This document shows positions 15,001 to 20,800 of a stretch of 64,000 nt of DNA, one piece after another. The translations under genes and the position numbers were made by a program. Origin of the DNA: a virus. Lineage: Duplodnaviria; Caudoviricetes. The notes beneath the pieces are model-generated. The model did not search any database and was not told the origin of the DNA. It saw only the letters and a program-made list of their open reading frames with translations. The stretch is from IMG/VR virus record IMGVR_UViG_3300034059_000003, positions 21,940 to 85,939 of that record, one strand, 5' to 3'. Within the stretch, counting starts at the first letter, position 1, and the number at the start of each line of letters is the position of its first letter.

Positions 15001-16613
15001 CTTTGTAATAAAAGATCATCAACCTCATCAAGTGAACTCATTAAATCATCGGTTGCATACCAATAATATAATCTTGTAAGAGCATCATTATTAATTGTAT
15101 TTAGATGAAGATCATCGGCATTTATCGTTGCAACCATTGCCTCATCATACAGAAATTTATCATTGACTGTATGCATAAACATACGATTGACGGCATCAAG
15201 ATCCACTTCAGTCTTACCATTTTTATTGTAATACGATTCAACATCTTTTTCAACTATAGATCCATCTGGTTGTGTCTCTTCTACTTTATTGACAAATTTC
15301 TTATATGGTTTGGTTACATGATCAACATACCATTTATCATAACCACTCATATTCCTTTTAAGATGATCATAAAGTTCTTCTTCTTTTTCTATCTCAGCTT
15401 TTTCTCCTAATCCTTCTCTATATCCTCCAATGCTACCAAATAAACCTCCAACTAAAGAACCAAGAACAATATTCTTTTGTCCTTCTGTTGTGAATAGATT
15501 ATCAACCCATTCTGAAGCAAGACCAAGAGTATAGTCATCAAGATCCTGACCATATGATTCTTTTTTCTTGTTATATGTTTGTAGTGCATACTGCATTCCT
15601 TCTTCCCAAGGACCTTCAGTACTCATCGCAAGACCAGCATCAGTTAATGATTTTTTGAATAGGTTTATATCTTCAGATGCAATTCTCCCGGACCTTACGC
15701 CGGCTCTTAAATCTTCCGCAGTCTTTCCAACCCGACCAAACATAAATCTACTCTGTATATAGTTTGGAACAAGAAGAACACCAAGATTACCATTGAATAC
15801 ATTCGCAGCGCCTTCAGAAACTTTTGATTTTACCTTATCCTGTGATGCCGGATCAAGATCAGTATATTGCATTCCATATTCATTAAATGCAAGATTATTC
15901 CGTTCTGTATCTTGGAAATCTTTTGCCTCAAAACCAGCCTCTCCAATAGAGTTTAATACTGTAGATCCATACACCTTTGCTTTTTGTACCATCTGTGCAG
16001 TTAAACCAAAAGCCTTTGAAGATGCCGACGCAAGGGCACCAACGCCAGCGCCAGTTATATATGCTGATCCAAGAAAAGCAAGAGCATCAAAACCATCATC
16101 AAACCAGAATCCAGGATCTTTCATCTGTTGAAGAAGATTGCCATTACGACCTTGCCATGTTCTATATATTGGAAATTTCTCTCTTAATCCTTCATCGGCT
16201 TTACTCATTGCATTAACAAAACCATTATCCCAAATGACAGATGGATCGGCTGTTTCTGGATCAGAGAGATAGTCAACACCAAATGATATAGCACCGCCAA
16301 TATGACCAATATTCTGACCAACCTTGGGAACTAAACTTGCCCCACGAGAAACAAGACCACTTGTGAATTTACCAAAGAAAGGTTGTGCTGCAGCGGACAT
16401 ACTCTGTTCATCCCATACTGGTTGACCTTGACCGACAAGTTTTTTATATGGAGTTCTCCATGGTTCAAAACGAAAATAACCGTCACCGGTTGTATCTTTC
16501 ATAATATCTGAATCTATTTTCGGTTGTTCCTTTACTGGAAGATTTGATGAATCAAGTTCTGGTGTAGTAAATGAATCTTCATCAAATCCAACCCAAGTTC
16601 TTTTATTTGCCAT
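3..16613 (-). CDS. Giant virion RNA polymerase/ejection polyprotein, partial (>=5537 aa; runs off window start)
   Basis: ATG at 16613 (MANKRTWVGFDEDSF...) overlaps the stop of the upstream cargo gene. The same frame reads as protein at every point I translated: 16600-15400, 12900-11200, 8940-8700, 5900, 4800, 1700, 850-360 and 60-3. The track reports no ORF ending in this frame, which implies no internal stop. Motifs: GLAG/TGKT, VIIDE, GDPSQ, YTALSRA, HEAFH, DGQGF, RIP...GSDFDVD, HEMIH, GTMD...DWK...QVMIY. Confidence 0.93.
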   Translation of the reverse strand, partial: MANKRTWVGFDEDSFTTPELDSSNLPVKEQPKIDSDIMKDTTGDGYFRFEPWRTPYKKLVGQGQPVWDEQSMSAAAQPFFGKFTSGLVSRGASLVPKVGQNIGHIGGAISFGVDYLSDPETADPSVIWDNGFVNAMSKADEGLREKFPIYRTWQGRNGNLLQQMKDPGFWFDDGFDALAFLGSAYITGAGVGALASASSKAFGLTAQMVQKAKVYGSTVLNSIGEAGFEAKDFQDTERNNLAFNEYGMQYTDLDPASQDKVKSKVSEGAANVFNGNLGVLLVPNYIQSRFMFGRVGKTAEDLRAGVRSGRIASEDINLFKKSLTDAGLAMSTEGPWEEGMQYALQTYNKKKESYGQDLDDYTLGLASEWVDNLFTTEGQKNIVLGSLVGGLFGSIGGYREGLGEKAEIEKEEELYDHLKRNMSGYDKWYVDHVTKPYKKFVNKVEETQPDGSIVEKDVESYYNKNGKTEVDLDAVNRMFMHTVNDKFLYDEAMVATINADDLHLNTINNDALTRLYYWYATDDLMSSLDEVDDLLLQRDLQIPEELAKLGYDKKFTKSDLTPIRKAFENARTQVSDAEDFSGDRTKTQFKQVAMKTLFAEEVKRNMYEEYLSNEKLSDKQKEDVKRLIADSKKLSDNLLNKKTREKLYDEFKLERDQYNNVLKNFEEVNKDSKATSNDKLKAQYDRDEFLYIEGPEDPFSPIYSQSVTNGTKTANVFGARYNYYFDRGKAAYKKAELNNTMEDAAKGKRNLSDIIGTIRSHLSDGIVYSAEEIDKVGNLISKRRESVDRASKQVPERQKRLNTNTEEVWETVDGFPTGNKIPNSNFNPKQRESDQVWLDNYIQKSQDQTDAENSLSEIKNMSEQSGQQFKTDKKQMSSRRKAYRKFQREFADTPVDKAKDLLLSYNGNKDVFDQVDDVDDILRKLEDRKKVYSLPGRKKLLTTSEFKGYIESIDEVLPKLKAIRNKAFENGESRKSLDKRTRLSYSGSLFNAIGISINREKKSYSVYNQDLFNAVSEIIGKTELDNILETAKSAFFNETDYSFDGIFIEKIISRVKDANNGVKRLSDLLKKIEFDKINNFIDVYVKWTKLEEKGITSGVSDDLKAYKKSPFRAFDRLIEIQIDRFRVQTEKISPIDRFFRNKDVFQLLDAVQNNVDLVYPNINKDDFSDLIKAHIEIMGLSRLKDRLTSKITIQEMIGLESAVIKEKKLSPNNQQHITLREAVVEMNSPIEKKEEKFRGWYYIKGLAGCLSGDVLLPFKTKNRVSGRINSVKYAYYKFNNIKVKGISGRPWDKIIPIETLSLLDGYIGYNKIIDIIYSGKKQTYKVTVDSGRNICVTIEHPFKVPKGTIGQSVDGFKKLSELKIGDIVFLRDLKKGTGRDLSKRLRRKIIYGIIYHPNKYTKIVNNKDYGRLPYCRLVVEAKMNNIGVNQFINELKTNSNSSSIYKFLDPKLIVHHKDENPINDDLDNLVIITKQEHDKLHGYNNITNMRFSKIIEEKIISIEKYKYEDTYDIIMQFPYHNYVANDFIVHNTGKTDLMANYLPDLLGISHESLIALSTHENALEVLKKSLPGVKNSMLVSNLTDEMLKDENNKLVIIDEVARLNAEELHTLAERIVSANETRAIPIRIYVLGDPSQVASLDDAFPAINSFRHEMSNIREFNPLTSVFRSGNSSVLHAQNSFLDYPGKIKSFLGTASADIGAPADGVHVSNIQQRLFDQLEVHKKNNNRSRVVVVSNPVLKRQYEKTGVPVMFYHEVASLSYDEVYIDINPVDFEFNRKYNEGMYTALSRARSYIFIKSYMDPDAWKYTIDEIKKENNESRNKEIAQEYTNRLAFELNILGDDMKGVKISTPQIVNIEKGDPSDIASQQSETDAREEEPLSDKNTPTDNATFVEVGSGNTEYHDVEYPSYYPIKPISQSWEEIKMAPVRTGSKVKYIKVWNANVKKYEVHIIGQHLNIDDTPLENDLWSVIGVLSEKELLSTDFGKTLLYKMSAAKTQDGKELSNRLSQGNTGILQIKDGPTILAEGVIQKAQPLSYKYSDDITSSGPGFLSSLISKVKQTFANENLEFSVKIYARNDDRLGNHTPGVPYLDIERKTMRAGKEEGAESQFIRLNARKIRNTDSILQPIIEFRDTVKKLESEGIGTWGDPKTNELIKRFKRNFDVIDDEIVPAKVNRYSYNTYLEERDERGFPILTKEQFDLLYDLSNTLIPAFYGPGRTKKEVIDEDAMWEYLGENKKTDPNTSYEFKEHPKSNGGYILMTNRKNEDEKEYVYDTGLIAGEGIVQKRMNVLARANNKLPFSISHKTNLFRNGKKRVVISSESKSLFAEETSTSEYINYIKTVWKDMQEEAKAIGVELPSYSSFIDKESKRLDDQENIAKIEQVLIDWGNAGSDIQGLSREELNITKEKYVKEPLKISDLNNLLSFDNAGVHKTLTLPLKMSGIYGVNELGKNINSNLEQLEDILGTKLEDIIRTRIQIKLDEPISKEDAKKDSIKKGFENTYDKIQEKIKNRKKRLMRATPGMDLGKELTLSEARSLLAKFIPSITTQGKDVIHFAEKIVIDEIAGDNAYGVFHDEVIWAMEKNGSTFEKIIRHEAFHKIFNEYITKNEQDLIVKSFKKQFPEYKDKGIIEIEEQLAIKFQDYQSKKLSRINEVLKRFFNWLASTFGFINLNLKNFDRFFETIESGYFITTKENSAGITRSMKNIINLYGNDNDDFQGALETYRNARAIIQQEFYDVYEKGFAGYPITRREVKDITIGNLKNDHLIIKDNFDNMIVQQDLAEGEILNIARELRYYGKAIENYDRIIEDLYPNWSLDEADEIVVNMDISTEEILVQYEEDDETDGGISQHTIESDEVNWEVKKQSMAVKDFLSNIPIDNNRFMNWREAYVRTLQLFEGLQPENDRFIDQLRKAWENLGKHHRTEFLLNKIIELHTIASGNIYGERGETLGNNMKFVTEDMFVISDEELVNVYGEAGAMQNGATVDKRRSNESTREFIIRIAKTNNVSEEEIIGHFKKFQAIDSYKSLVNLFNNQKQKNLYIIEKTHTSGGTYAVGYIPGSYIGPHKSIGSLLNENIRNYFPDKRSLEKFVKDWLRPNIEKYKSNPYEFIKVFLKEMGMGSIANSIPNTNVQQIYYDVEGFFTRPGSGAIYRIGEVEEITDEDTGEVMKVPMTIGLLLDEEGKMSGNLSKLMSVSSAYVRATSVRDVKGKRKYIWSPTSWANNILFNIANNKILKTGNLTLSLPQYLTTEYFKKNIFLSGKNKIHDIVDSDGIKFKDYTGKITGIKQSKENEGDFILRGFVAGFLDRIRYSKSGHERYFQFVYPNERENVFGAEVNVLTHAEIRVAISEAIRQFNSEPVLSGIKQNNTGRFINFRLLEKALKGRDIVAKPLSETEIDKYSQVVESLLSEEAKKLAERVIRNRVPLDKEIFSNKNLEKIVSPDKVDLDSFRNSKHYGRSESRSMKPDGSYNWTMEQILPLTHSFIANNYVNSFFLNQIILGENNQFVNEEDVMRRFSLATAPGSKGLVNKTFGMKEKARFLVIEDQIKGFKDIEARLDAVLKTDEEKAKLPILMEKFKENINIWDGQGFMTPERFEELRNGGFATEFSLHKILKPVVYSVSEEGVARGIKYSSIVLSDELIEEFPSLGILLANMRRNNADEAVFRSAIKIGIPESAAPFESVLSENYAADPSMLFDINNDQYRIQMDPKSKISGKTSQPSQLIYLASVLSQNTKRADRIYYHLSELSRLGNELFFSKFNDERSIKTNITSLLRGKGNENTHDILSSEISINFPSIVDKVIIALSSHLKDSIVEFDFPGSKLVLQSEFGVRKYGLPVSDGPKNKLKYIRTDTGRMVAECIIPEGLLPKEYEDSIKQALAEGKNAEDYFDLPDLLGFRIPSSDIHSAVAIKVVGFYKTPNINVIIAPDLLVGLHGSDFDVDSLFIIKRAKNKRGEYIGYKEKKGRMTFIRNTKDFEDIYEEIGFRKNAVIHELLDLVSNQENIESMLSPIPLKEIMDQKTRVLNPNYRPRENKLDLSNYNDQIDTHSTIFGAAVATGVFGNAAKTLAYMMRTGENQSNPKLRDENNIVRIRDSKGELRIYDELTLFDNTGQSLFVSIDGFINAAIDNIKMLALPTLNINMRTIHAFISLRTLGINLTDTVDILQQPAILDYANGRSFDMIKKQIVEKLSGYEAVESEINPQNISTGIRSGNSIDDYDNAISEDGKKNNKAAKALMFQMHIIETFQNMTNVGNSIGKLAQWLKIARTLPVTKNDIDKIKNVATELFGVIEEDGTLPAFGVSSFPFDISEFFLKSKHILQIYKGVRQFDELLTSSIKKYYPEFEDIVNQAYRQLGKFGLNEVEGKSVIRDELINYLMSNEIFSGEYKIEKDVSFEYTVGDEKRILTGPKAVNQIFIGKITALKNYINKERTEDGDPISNTFIERLGQSYNSVTKTYELTFEGGSNMDQMDILDARNGFFELNKYEVSWNKKTGKYTVKKNTEPKSNSDYSDLQREFVSYGIMNWGLKFGIMNYSTILPENLYYSVDNLLNKLMDKFTGDKYEENWSKIQDDFMVQLVLNNSEMIPDIFRTLGKPIKKGSFVNEYGQTLPFYGGKTNEYFYDRSYSNPDQKEMPRFIVSSYAGVKRIYLRLNNAIDPIVYYQVVDRSSTIKFYNTSDEVLENGFDINESFKNNGIYNVRVADFNTKEFEYYGSGLKEGDIVSLTQFHDVTRVNKQYCKIIKKLDNSYIIRPVKEAITKHSYDKFTMATEHVIIDLKTRMLKHGTPFRNDNKGRGRILYGKHSTNEAREFKSKINNEEFGGIQVLRERLWYDGIQIYVDVNALHSFFLKANESNIKSYFETNNISDTDQEVIYGSKQFLKNIKEDNITEEIESVQKLYSEEESISTLIDNMILRSKSKRRINLLTTLKDRIVKQGMTIKFGELSGIGRYGEYSVDGSIVLDLVNLYIHNGPIDIDQVDKILFHEMIHGITVTGMLENESFSKDILKLINEYFDVDQTTGQLIVKPFAKKTVDKFLSENGYPQDINSISSMNLLGMKNQFEFIAEILSNDEFAKMIDSLKRSQEERSLLKRILDKIMEFISLAKEFSNDLLQIILNSPHTPSFTKEGILYRSQSGNYYKDTKLGYEVEVEVGIRNDSDTTRKNILDLADNIKENAKKIKVEKLPDGTEGQFYIVEGMAKKIRRITNYAGGFISMFTNKKIDPNITFGQHLADVKWGDRTHDHKLLTEQGNMEDYDQYKDRMELNSKLGQIKGNILHLFLKRTANRLFHLGEKDEDILKEINNVASRGEGKTPIEHYSWIEDPEVLRKVFKHAGVNVLSKDIPEALRDIIYLPEVTIWSDLLGFGGTMDALIGHADGRWSIKDWKSGNAFGIKTTMEPMMYGLQDTYISDNQRERAKLQVMIYAFLLKLQYPDIKFRDLMTVWIPNQFLGEKEDMDRFVEVSSYLNMIKAFLNDREALKNAGIDENVYQKIVEKSPKIFSISEYTDKANDSLFESLVNSKFSPEEEYRKRVDEIRLILGRLKERRQIRI
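360..850 (-). other. RecB-like PD-(D/E)xK nuclease domain within the giant ORF
   Basis: In-frame KGNILH (~810-830), PEV, GFGGTMDAL, IKDWKSG (DWK at 495-503) and LQVMIYA (~380-400). This is the order of RecB-family nuclease motifs. Confidence 0.75.
1400..1800 (-). other. Zincin-like metalloprotease motif 2 within the giant ORF
   Basis: ILFHEMIHG (HEMIH at 1683-1697), followed downstream by NQFEFIAEILSNDEF, which offers a candidate third-ligand Glu. Confidence 0.7.
3900..6300 (-). other. crAss-type (QDE-1-related) two-barrel RNA polymerase core within the giant ORF; boundaries approximate
   Basis: WDGQGFMTPE (D at 5871-5873), then LKPVVY, then GFRIPSSDIHSAVAIKVVGFY...APDLLVGLHGSDFDVDSLF with the catalytic DxDxD at 4809-4823. 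Confidence 0.9.
8700..8940 (-). other. Zincin-like metalloprotease motif 1 within the giant ORF
   Basis: AYGVFHDEVIW...IIRHEAFHKIF (HEAFH at 8823-8837), followed by IEEQLAIKFQDY. Confidence 0.7.
11230..12900 (-). other. Superfamily-1 (RecD/UvrD-like) helicase domain within the giant ORF, interrupted by an intein
   Basis: Splicing restores Walker A GLAG|TGKT. Walker B LVIIDE (~11817-11835), motif III YVLGDPSQ, motif IV LTSVFRS and motif VI MYTALSRA (~11245-11270) follow in order. Confidence 0.85.
12021..12869 (-). mobile_element. Intein (283 aa) with HNH homing endonuclease, inserted in the helicase Walker A motif
   Basis: Starts CLSGDVLL, has block B VTIEHPF and HNH motif IVHHKDENPINDDLDNLVIITKQEHDKLH, and ends HNYVANDFIVHN followed by Thr(+1). 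It is visibly more AT-rich than its flanks. Confidence 0.92.
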
Positions 16614-18924
16614 TTGCAGCAGTATTATAATCTTCATTTAATAATTTAAGATCCTGCGTTATATCCTGTCCTTTCTTTTTCTTCATTTCAAGAAATGCTC
16701 TTGCTGCCATATACCGCATATGTAGATCATCAATATCACTTGAATAAGAACCAAGTGGAGCTGTCATATATCCTTGTGGATTATTCTTTGAATCAAATGG
16801 TTTTTTGATAGGACTCTCACCTTCCATTTCCCTTGGATTACCTTGGAAAACATTTAATTCAAGTTGTTCTGTCCTTGGATTCCTTCTTACACTCATCCAT
16901 GTATCATTACGGTTAGGACCCATTTTACCTTCAATATTATTCCAACGATCAACTACTTGAAGTTGTTGACCAGGACCAATATTTCTTACTGCGAAAAGAT
17001 CACCCTGACCTGCTCTATTTGGAAGATTATAAGAAAATGCATTATTACTAAACCTTTGTGGTTCTACAAGTTCATTTGGACCTTCAATATAGTATTGTTT
17101 ATCTCCTATTGTTACAGATAACATTCCCGGACCATATTGACTTGTTCTTGGATCTACCATTCCATAAACAAAGAATGCTTCATCCTTCTTAGCAATTGAT
17201 TTCTTTTCATCTTTATCAAATTCATGATTTGGATTTTCTGGATCAACCCATCTGCCACCAATTAATGCAGAACTAAGGCCACCTTCTCCTGTAAATCTTC
17301 CTTGTGTATCCATTGTAAGACCACCAAGTTTTTCAGATACATAAGCCTGGTCTTCAGGATCGAAAGCAATAACCTGGCCAAAACCAACAGTTTTACTTTG
17401 TTCTTTTTCGAATTTTTTTAGATTCGATTTTAACCACATGTTTTCTTTTGGTGTAAAATCCTTAGATCCTTTAATTAATAATTCTGTTTCACTTTTAAAT
17501 GGATTATCCGGATCATTGAAACCATAAGCAAGGGCTGCATTTATTGTTTTTGACTCTGAAAAATCATTATCAAAAGCATTCTCATTAATATTTAACTTAT
17601 CTAATGTCTTATCAATTGTCTTTAATACATCTTCTTTTTCTTCTTCAAGTGCTTTCTTTTCCCATTTACCAGTTACTTCTACTTCTTTCTTCGCAAAGTA
17701 TTCTTCAAACATTTTCTTTGTACCATAAGCATCTTCGACTAATCTGGTTGTTAATAATGCATTACGCATCATTTTTGAGTCACTACCAATTCCAAGAGGC
17801 GTCTTAGCATCAATCTTTCTCTCTTTCCCATCTTCACCAATTACATTTACAGAATGAAGTCCAAGGAGTGCTTCGGGATCATCTTTTACTTTTGCATAAT
17901 ATTCAAGATTATCCCCATAATTTAACAACTTGGTATCTTTAAATACTTTCAATGTTGACATTTTAGAAAGATCTCCTTCATTTGTTCCATCATCAAAAAA
18001 GTAACCAGGATTCATTGGTTCAAGAGGAAGATCAAATGTCATATCTATTTGTTGAATTTGACTTTTCTTTTTTCCTGAAGTTTTGGTTTGTCCAGGAAGA
18101 TATTCATAATTGTCTTTGAAACTTCTTGTTTTATATTTCTCTTCTTCACGAGAAATAATTTGATTAATATAATCTTCATTCCACTTATCAGGAGAAGTTG
18201 TTGCTTTTAGATAACGCGATCCAGGAGTTTCAGTATTGAGTATCTGTTGTACAAGTTGTTTTCTGTTTGCTGCAAGTTTCTCAGGACTTCTCTGTTCATA
18301 GGTGGTCGTTTTCATTGCAGCAACATCAACACCATTTGGACCAGGCACCCAAATTGTTGATGGTTCTCCACTACTTGTTTCTGTTTCTACCTGTCTATAT
18401 GATTCATTTACTTCATCAAGTATATTAGCATATTGTGTTGGTCTTTGATATTGGCTAAATCCTTGTCCAGAAATTAACTGTCTTACATCGCCGGTTTCAG
18501 GATTGATATTTGGATCAGCTTCTCTACGATATAGTGGATCTGAAATCCATCTATCATATAATGATGCTGCCTCACGATCTTGTTGAATAGTTTTTACATC
18601 TGGATCTGACCGGAACTCAGCATTTATTTTTGATAACTCTCTTAATGCAGGTATTGAATATGATGTTTCACCATAATCTTGCATCCATTTATTTACCTTT
18701 TGTTTATACTTATCTGTAACAAGTGGAGTCATTCCTTTTGTCTGATATCCTGGAATAAGACTACCGGTGAGTGCATTTGTTTCTTCTGCAAGTGCAATTG
18801 CCTTTTCGCCTCTCTGTAATTTTTCCTGTTCAAAGTTTATCATTTCACTATATGGACTTTTATCTTCCACAAATTGTGAAGTATAAACAGGAAGTGCTGG
18901 TGTATAAAATCTATTGATACCCAT
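16603..18924 (-). CDS. Cargo/ejection protein (773 aa)
   Basis: Lies between the muzzle/cargo genes and the vRNAP gene, as in crAss-like phages. Hydrophilic, helical-looking sequence; no enzyme motif seen. Confidence 0.6.
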   Translation of the reverse strand: MGINRFYTPALPVYTSQFVEDKSPYSEMINFEQEKLQRGEKAIALAEETNALTGSLIPGYQTKGMTPLVTDKYKQKVNKWMQDYGETSYSIPALRELSKINAEFRSDPDVKTIQQDREAASLYDRWISDPLYRREADPNINPETGDVRQLISGQGFSQYQRPTQYANILDEVNESYRQVETETSSGEPSTIWVPGPNGVDVAAMKTTTYEQRSPEKLAANRKQLVQQILNTETPGSRYLKATTSPDKWNEDYINQIISREEEKYKTRSFKDNYEYLPGQTKTSGKKKSQIQQIDMTFDLPLEPMNPGYFFDDGTNEGDLSKMSTLKVFKDTKLLNYGDNLEYYAKVKDDPEALLGLHSVNVIGEDGKERKIDAKTPLGIGSDSKMMRNALLTTRLVEDAYGTKKMFEEYFAKKEVEVTGKWEKKALEEEKEDVLKTIDKTLDKLNINENAFDNDFSESKTINAALAYGFNDPDNPFKSETELLIKGSKDFTPKENMWLKSNLKKFEKEQSKTVGFGQVIAFDPEDQAYVSEKLGGLTMDTQGRFTGEGGLSSALIGGRWVDPENPNHEFDKDEKKSIAKKDEAFFVYGMVDPRTSQYGPGMLSVTIGDKQYYIEGPNELVEPQRFSNNAFSYNLPNRAGQGDLFAVRNIGPGQQLQVVDRWNNIEGKMGPNRNDTWMSVRRNPRTEQLELNVFQGNPREMEGESPIKKPFDSKNNPQGYMTAPLGSYSSDIDDLHMRYMAARAFLEMKKKKGQDITQDLKLLNEDYNTAANGK

Positions 18925-18934
18925 TATAGTAAAA

Positions 18935-20503
18935 TTAACAAGACTTATATCTACGTTTTAATAATTTATTTACTTTAGATGTAATCCTTCCACCAAGCTC
19001 AAATTCCTCTTCTTCATCTGATTCAGGAGAAAAGAATTGTACAGCTGAAGGAAGTGTTGAGTTACCAGTTACTGATCCAAATTCTTCTGTCGGAAGTTGA
19101 AAAGCAGGTACTTCTTCCACAGTGTTTTTTCTGTCCTTCCATATATCCTGATATCCCTGAAGAATGTTCATGTATTGTTTACTTGCTCTATCACTTGCTG
19201 CCATACGTTTTTCGTCTGCAGATTGTATTCCGAGTTGAGTGGCAAGATTTGCTGAATATGATGAAACGGCATTTGATCTTGCTGCTCTATTTGCTGCAAG
19301 AGCATTTTCTTGTTCAATCCCTATCTGTGTGTTTATTTTATTAACAGCATTCTGACTCTGTGCATCAATAATATTTGCTCGATTTTCTATTTCGGCATTT
19401 TGTGATTGTACATTGGAAACGAAATCTCCGATTGTCTCTGCTTCAAGAGCTCCGATATTACCAAGATTATTCATATACATACGTGGATTTAATCTTCTTA
19501 ATCGTTCTCTGGTATTACCAAATGTACGATTAATTTTACGAATGCCTCCCTCAGTACTTATTGGTGTTCTTTTCGTTGCTACAAACTGTGTTCGTGGATA
19601 ATTTACTTCTTCAGGTTTTGATACAAGATTCTGAACAAGACCGAGACCACTTGATAAAATTGAAAGATTTCCTTTATCTCCTAACCAAGTATTAACAGCT
19701 CCACCACCAGCCATGATGTTTTCATTATTATATTCCTTACTAAGATCATCACTCATTTCTTCAAAAGGTACCTGTGATATTTTTCTTGCAGTATCATTCC
19801 ATTTGTCACCAGATCTTCTTTCGAATTTTCTATCTCTTGTTTTTAATACTGAAGAAACACTTCTTCCAATATCTGATTTCTTCAGTGGAACATTTCCTCC
19901 AAATCGCATCATGATTTCAGGTGTTATTTTTATTTTTTCTGAATGTACGATATCTCCGGTCCTTGACTCTCCATTTTCAACTTCAGCAATGCCGATATTT
20001 ATTCCACCCTGGCTATGTGGAAATCCTTTATAATCGGTACGTCTTGATAAACGTTTTAAATTACCTCCTCCTTCAGCAATAACAGTATCATATACCTGTC
20101 TTTCTTTTCCTATTGCCGGTTTATATGAATTAGCTATCTCCGCTTTTTTCTTTGCTTTTTCTTCAGCACTTCCACCTATTGCACCAAGACCAAAACCAGC
20201 AACGGCACCTATAAGTGTTCCCCATCCAGGAGAAATACTTGTTCCTGTCATTGCACCAGATACAGCACCAGAAGCAGCATTATCAAGCCAACCACCATTT
20301 GAATACAACTCAAGAATATCAGAATCTGATAATTCGCCACCAACCTCTAACTTTTTAAATTTTCTTTTTGCCATTCGTGCAAAATTAGCCATTGCACGAA
20401 CATTAACATTCTTTGAATGTAATGCCTCAGTAGTAGTTTTACCTGTACGTTTTTTATATGCGGTAAACTTTCCTTTGTTTTCTGGTTTTATCTTTATACT
20501 CAT
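18935..20503 (-). CDS. Cargo/ejection protein 1-like (522 aa)
   Basis: N-terminal IKIKPENKGKFTAY motif, Gly/Ala hydrophobic hairpin (AASGAVSGAMTGTSISPGWGTLIGAVAGFGLGAIGG), GFPHSQGGI motif and Q/N/A-rich coiled region. I recall these features from crAss cargo proteins, and the gene directly follows the muzzle. Confidence 0.7.
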   Translation of the reverse strand: MSIKIKPENKGKFTAYKKRTGKTTTEALHSKNVNVRAMANFARMAKRKFKKLEVGGELSDSDILELYSNGGWLDNAASGAVSGAMTGTSISPGWGTLIGAVAGFGLGAIGGSAEEKAKKKAEIANSYKPAIGKERQVYDTVIAEGGGNLKRLSRRTDYKGFPHSQGGINIGIAEVENGESRTGDIVHSEKIKITPEIMMRFGGNVPLKKSDIGRSVSSVLKTRDRKFERRSGDKWNDTARKISQVPFEEMSDDLSKEYNNENIMAGGGAVNTWLGDKGNLSILSSGLGLVQNLVSKPEEVNYPRTQFVATKRTPISTEGGIRKINRTFGNTRERLRRLNPRMYMNNLGNIGALEAETIGDFVSNVQSQNAEIENRANIIDAQSQNAVNKINTQIGIEQENALAANRAARSNAVSSYSANLATQLGIQSADEKRMAASDRASKQYMNILQGYQDIWKDRKNTVEEVPAFQLPTEEFGSVTGNSTLPSAVQFFSPESDEEEEFELGGRITSKVNKLLKRRYKSC

Positions 20504-20511
20504 GACTGTAA

Positions 20512-20799
20512 TTATTGATCAATTTTATTCATTACAGACTCTGCAGGAGTCATATACAAAGTTACAAGATCATGAAGAACTATCATATGGTGATTTTCAT
20601 CATGAACAAACCTTAATTCAATTTTTATATAGGTATCTCTTATCCTGGCTTTATCGAGAAGATTTCTTCCTATGGTAAATCTCCATGTACGAAATAGTCT
20701 TCTACAGTTCGTAACAGTTAGAACAACAGATCCTGTGTCTTGATAATCATTTGTTACCCTTACACTGGTTATAGTTTTTGTATGTACTTGTGTTTCCAT
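20512..20799 (-). CDS. Separated C-terminal segment of the muzzle protein (95 aa)
   Basis: VRVTNDYQDTG...RRLFRTWRFTIGR...RIRDTYIKIEL...LHDLVTLY matches the C-terminal pattern I recall for crAss muzzle proteins. It starts 1 nt after the muzzle stop (TAA T ATG). Confidence 0.65.
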   Translation of the reverse strand: METQVHTKTITSVRVTNDYQDTGSVVLTVTNCRRLFRTWRFTIGRNLLDKARIRDTYIKIELRFVHDENHHMIVLHDLVTLYMTPAESVMNKIDQ

Positions 20800-20800
20800 A

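Noticed and set aside
1-16600. Apparent 16.6-kb gene desert suggesting stop-codon reassignment (TAG/TGA recoding, as in some crAss clades)
   Set aside because: One frame is open under the standard code and simply lacks a stop inside the window. All other long genes are intact in code 11.
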